Notes under the pieces: generated by a model
What the model was told of the DNA's origin: nothing
Databases searched by the model: none
The model's input: the letters and a program-made list of their open reading frames with translations, nothing else
Position numbers and translations under genes: made by a program
In this document: piece after piece, positions 53,701-64,000 of the stretch
Numbering within the stretch: the stretch's first letter is position 1
Layout of the letters: every line of letters begins with the position of its first letter
Source: Intoshia linei
Taxonomy: Eukaryota; Animalia; Orthonectida
NCBI GenBank assembly: GCA_001642005.1
Contig: LWCA01000039.1
Coordinates: 1 to 64,000 of the forward strand
Length of the DNA stretch: 64,000 nucleotides
Direction of reading: 5' to 3'

Positions 53701-54443
53701 TACCAAAAGTTGCTAAAATTTAAATGAAAAAATTGACATGAACCCTAAAAACCACAATGAACAATAAAATATTAATACACTTATGTACTTAAAAAAATAA
53801 ATCTATCAATCTATAAATATAATGATAGTATTCTCTACACAATTCGCCAATGGTCTACTTTCATATTTTTCAAAAAATTTTATTTTAAAATAGAAGGGCC
53901 AAGGCATGAATATTGGAAATGGTTATATGTCGCTAAAATATTAAAATCATAAAAGCGCACCACTGACCAACTACAATGTAGACAATATTGTATATGAAAA
54001 TAATAACATACAATCAAATCTTTTTTTTGGATAGCTTTTTGGAATTGACATCTCAATTTGTGAACATGAGCCAAAAAATGTGCACAACAAATACTAAAAA
54101 ACTTGCATAGTCCAGATTCAATATTGAAAGATATTTGATTAATAAATTTGTCCATTTTACAGAGATATTCATAAGCTTCAGCATACATACCACTCTCAGT
54201 TAATATTACACTGAGGTGATAAAAAATAATGGTCAATCTAATGACATGATCACCATATGACATTTCAGACTCTGACGACAAAAAAGATTCTGGATCACTA
54301 GATTCGCTTTGATTTATCCAATTTTGAATCTTTTCAATTAACTTATAATATACTTTCATGGCCTCATCGTTGGAATTTTTTTCTTCTGACCATTCATAAT
54401 ACAACCCCTTTCGATAGTCTACTAAAAAATCATTCCTTTTCAT
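50733..54443 (-). CDS. KIFBP: KIF-binding protein (kinesin inhibitor KBP), 3 exons, 643 aa
   Basis: Exons 54443-54012, 52272-51693, 51652-50733 (1932 nt). FDKSAEYC..YEWSLNCAQLSNFY..ECL and CKFNQRRI..LNSQYFLNLKRELYYELGE match the KBP motifs EWAINAATLSQFY and CKMHKRRI..LNPQYY. Confidence 0.88.
53038..53322. mobile_element. Fold-back MITE with nested inverted repeats
   Basis: Ends TGTACATTAAGGTGTTACA / TGTGACACCCTGATGTACA; inner GGGCGGTTAGT / ACTAACCGCCC; perfect 19-bp IR at 53158-53176 / 53192-53210. Confidence 0.75.
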
Positions 54444-55081
54444 GTTGTGAATATGAATACTTGGTAACTATTACTTATATATATAAACATTTCCAAATTA
54501 AAAAAGGTGCAATAAATATTAACTTTAATTAACTCTATTCATGACAACTTTGAAAATTTAAAAATATGTAAATGACGTACATTATTTGATAATTATTAAT
54601 TAAACGTGTTTAATATGATTTAAATACAAATCATGAAATGAGTAGTACTCATTGAGTACCTACTCGTTTGAATTACTTTTTAAGTATAGAATCTATTTTT
54701 AGAAATTGAGTATAATTGGTGAATCCGGTCACGCTAGATAAATTTAACAAAACTTACGACAATTGTGTAAATTACAAGATAAGATTCGAGTTTAAAATAT
54801 TTTAATTTATCTTAATTTTTTCCTCCACTGACCAAAACACAGAATCACTTGACGATTTAACCAGTTTAGTAAACAAAATCGTTATAGAGTTTATCGTCAT
54901 GTTTTGTTTATTGAATCTAAATTTCCAACTTTATTTGCTAAGTTGCAAATTTTTAACTATAAAAAATTACTCCACATTGCTTAAATAAACTTTAATTTAC
55001 TAGTTATTGATCACTGTTTTATTTCAAAGCCGTAATTTTACATTTTTATGCAATTTGTTAAAATATATTTTTTACTTAGAA

Positions 55082-61269
<6,188 letters not shown>

Positions 61270-61766
61270 GTAATTTTTGTTACTTTTAAAATCAAAATTT
61301 TTAAAAGTTGATTTATCACAGTTTCATATTCATACACCTTCACATTATAAACTACAGTAGATTTTCTATACACCAAATAATCATTTTTTATGATACATTA
61401 ATGAATGACTATGTTTGTAACCATTTATTTAAGAATATACGAGGCGTACAGTTAAAACACCAATTTCTAGTAGTTTTTCGAGGTGGGATTTTATCGCACA
61501 TTTGATTTTTAGAAATTCAGTTCTTCAGGTCAAAAACTTCAAAAAATTATTTCTTCAAGGCAGTTTTTGACAGTGAACTACTTGTAAAATTAAAATTTGA
61601 GATACCATCATAAGCTACGAAGCATCAATGTGATGATCACACGTTAGTAGGTTAACATTGATCTGTATAAATTAATTAAACTGTTAATCACCGAAAATCC
61701 TCCGCCCAAAAACACGTTTAAAATAAAATATTATTTATTTATCAAAATTTTGTATATTAATGTATA

Positions 61767-62930
61767 CAGTGGTTGCCAAAATGATAAAGCCACTCTTAAT
61801 TTCGCTATAATTAACTGAATAACATTCATAATTACTCAAAATTTTACAAAGTGATAATATAATACATTTTTATATTAATTAGCTGTTAAAATTTATATTT
61901 TCACAATTAAATTCAAAAAACTAAGCGACAAAGTGATAAAGCCAGAATACAAAACAATTAAATGAATACATAATTTAATAATTAATACTACATCCATTCG
62001 ATTTTATTATGTCTATACACCGTTTTGACATCGAATTTGAAAGATTCTTCAAAATTATTGACTCAATTGACTCCCAGACGTTAATTATTTCTGCCTTCAG
62101 TTGCGATTTAGACGAAAACTGTCTTATCTCGCTATCTTTCCTGTAAATACGCCTTACCATGATGCCCCACATATTTTCAATGTGGTTAAGATCTGGACTA
62201 CATGATGGCCATTCGAGGATTGGTATTTTATGCTCATTCATGAACAATTTTGTCGATTTTGAACAGTGTATTGAAGCACTATCTTGTTGAAATGTAATTC
62301 CAGGGCCAAATATATTACTTCTTGAGTCAATTAAATACTTTTTTTATCACATTTTGATACTTGTGACTAGCCTGCTTTCCTTCAAGAAAAGTCAACGTCA
62401 ACTTTCCTGTAACAGAAAACCCTCCCCATACCATGACAGAACCACTTCCAGCTTGTCACTTAAAAAAGAATTCTGATTCTTGTCTTATATTATGCCAGTA
62501 GCAGTGAATTCCATCTGGACCATCTAAGTTGAATTTCTTTTCATCACTTCAAATAATTTTGAACCAATCCGTCGATTCTAATATTTTTTTTTCAGCGAAA
62601 AGCATTCAACTTTTTTTGTGTATTTTTAATAATCTAGGTATTGTTTTAATTCTGGAAAATAAAAATAAATTGGAATGTTCGAAATTGGAGTGTTCTTTGA
62701 ATGGAGCGAATAGATTTAGCATTATTTATTTTAATAGATGTCTGAGTTGCAGTACATTTTTCGCGTGTAGCAAGTCCCAAAAGCTTTTTTTATCTCGTGG
62801 TGATATACATTTAGGCTTCCCACTTGATTTCTTTTTACCGTATCCTTCGGAATCTATACAATAATTTCTAACTACATCTTTGGATCGGCCAATAATAATA
62901 CCAATTTTTCTTTCCTCTTGTTTTTGCCTT
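61767..62930 (-). mobile_element. Tc3-like (Tc1/mariner DD34E) transposon, decayed, one TIR present
   Basis: TA|CAGTGGTTGCCAAAATGATAAAGCCA with an inner direct repeat TGATAAAGCCA at ~61934. Motifs II*SDEKKFNLDGPDG, FQQDSASIH and WPSCSPDLNHIENMWG. Confidence 0.92.
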
Positions 62931-62949
62931 GGAAATTAAAAAAGTAGTT

Positions 62950-63700
62950 ATTTTTGATAGCCCGGGTATTGTTGGTTTTAGGAGTAAAGTGGATTCAAGG
63001 TGTTCGTTAGAGAAAACGTTTATTGCTTTTTGGGAGGCAATGATGAAATGTCCCTAATCAAATTGTTTTTCGTTAATCTGTCATGTTTCCATGTCAGTGA
63101 TCCCGGCACAACGAGGGTCCAATTACGTAATCAAGGAGAACCCTAAATTTTGCCATTGAATTTTCCAACTTGTTGTCATTATTCGATAGGTCATTCATAA
63201 ACCGAATAGGGATAAAGGCTTTTACTAGTTTTTTGATTTTATCTTTGTCTAATTTGGTAAGAACAACTATTTCCTGGTTAACATTGAATGTGATCTAACA
63301 TGCCTTAGGGAACAGGACTCTGTATTTGTTTACCACATTATTGCTGTTGTGACACAAACTGATTAATTCGTCATTAAAATTCTCAGAAGTAAAGTTAGCA
63401 CGTGGTTGGGCGGTCATTGCCTCTAATACGAGGATGGTAATCATGATAACATCTCTTATGAACTTTGTCCTTGTTGATATTCTTAAGATATCAAATATAT
63501 TATCTATATTAAAAAGTGTGTCGATCATGCAGAAAATCTGATCTATTTTATCATTTGATAAAGAAATTCTATACATGCATGTATATTCTGAATGAACAAA
63601 TCAGTAAACATAAATGACAAGTTGTACAATAATAGTTATTTACATGTCTAGTGCAGAATTTTCACTTTCCATACGAGTTTGTTGAAATGTACGAACCCGA
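62950..63700 (-). other. Decayed intronless reading frame of unknown, possibly viral, origin
   Basis: ORF 63576-63295 continues in the same frame past one TAG for ~66 more codons. It is less AT-rich than its flanks. Confidence 0.35.
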
Positions 63701-64000
63701 ATGGTAAGTTCTAATATTTTAGAAGAAGTAATTTAGAATTAAAAAATAATTTTTATAATAAAAATTATTTCGGGCCGTATGTTGCCCATCCCTGATATAA
63801 ACTAATAAAATGTGACTGCTAATTAGGGTGTGCACTTTTTACATTTTTTTTTAATTTCAAAACGTATATTTGAGTGCAGATAGATAATGTTATTTAGAAC
63901 ACAATGACGAAAAAATTTTTGAAAACGGTCGTGATTTCCTAAGGCAAAAAATTTGTCCTTTGAAGTTTATTTTTATTATTATTTATATCTTCCTATTGTA

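Noticed and set aside
62500-63300. In-frame TGA/TAG at conserved positions suggesting stop-codon reassignment
   Set aside because: These occur only in decayed elements that also carry frameshifts; all seven host genes translate cleanly with the standard code.
63715-63735. Possible tiny terminal kinesin exon (EEVI*)
   Set aside because: Too short compared with the expected KIF2 tail; an acceptor at the window edge is at least as likely.

Overview
Very AT-rich eukaryotic DNA, judged to be from a divergent, compact-genome metazoan. The 35-45 nt GT-AG introns and fast-evolving proteins resemble orthonectid-type parasites, but the taxon is an inference. Seven spliced protein-coding genes were assembled by hand with the standard code: a GRDP/DUF1399-family protein (+, 11897-27540), V-ATPase catalytic subunit A (-, 27843-34442), mitochondrial Rho GTPase Miro (-, 34635-43660), NAA50-like N-acetyltransferase (+, 43745-45750), a 26/29-kDa-type cathepsin L-like protease (-, 47164-50255), KIF-binding protein (-, 50733-54443) and a kinesin-13/KIF2-like motor (+, from 55082, last exon probably beyond the window). 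The first ~11 kb and the long introns are filled with decayed transposons (hAT/Buster elements and MITEs, Tc3-like, DD39D mariner, pogo/Tigger, piggyBac, Chapaev3-like, Ty3/Gypsy, Helitron-like), plus an MBOAT pseudogene, a tRNA-like relic and minisatellites. Most notable: Miro-to-V-ATPase spacing of only 192 bp (operon-like), head-to-head Miro/NAA50 (84 bp) and KBP/kinesin pairs, a Miro with a degenerate second GTPase domain and second EF-hand, a cathepsin that seems to lack its I29 inhibitor prodomain, a plant/oomycete-type DD39D mariner, and a possible endogenous RNA-virus nucleocapsid relic. No CRISPR or prokaryotic system is present, and no wholly new system could be firmly established from sequence alone.
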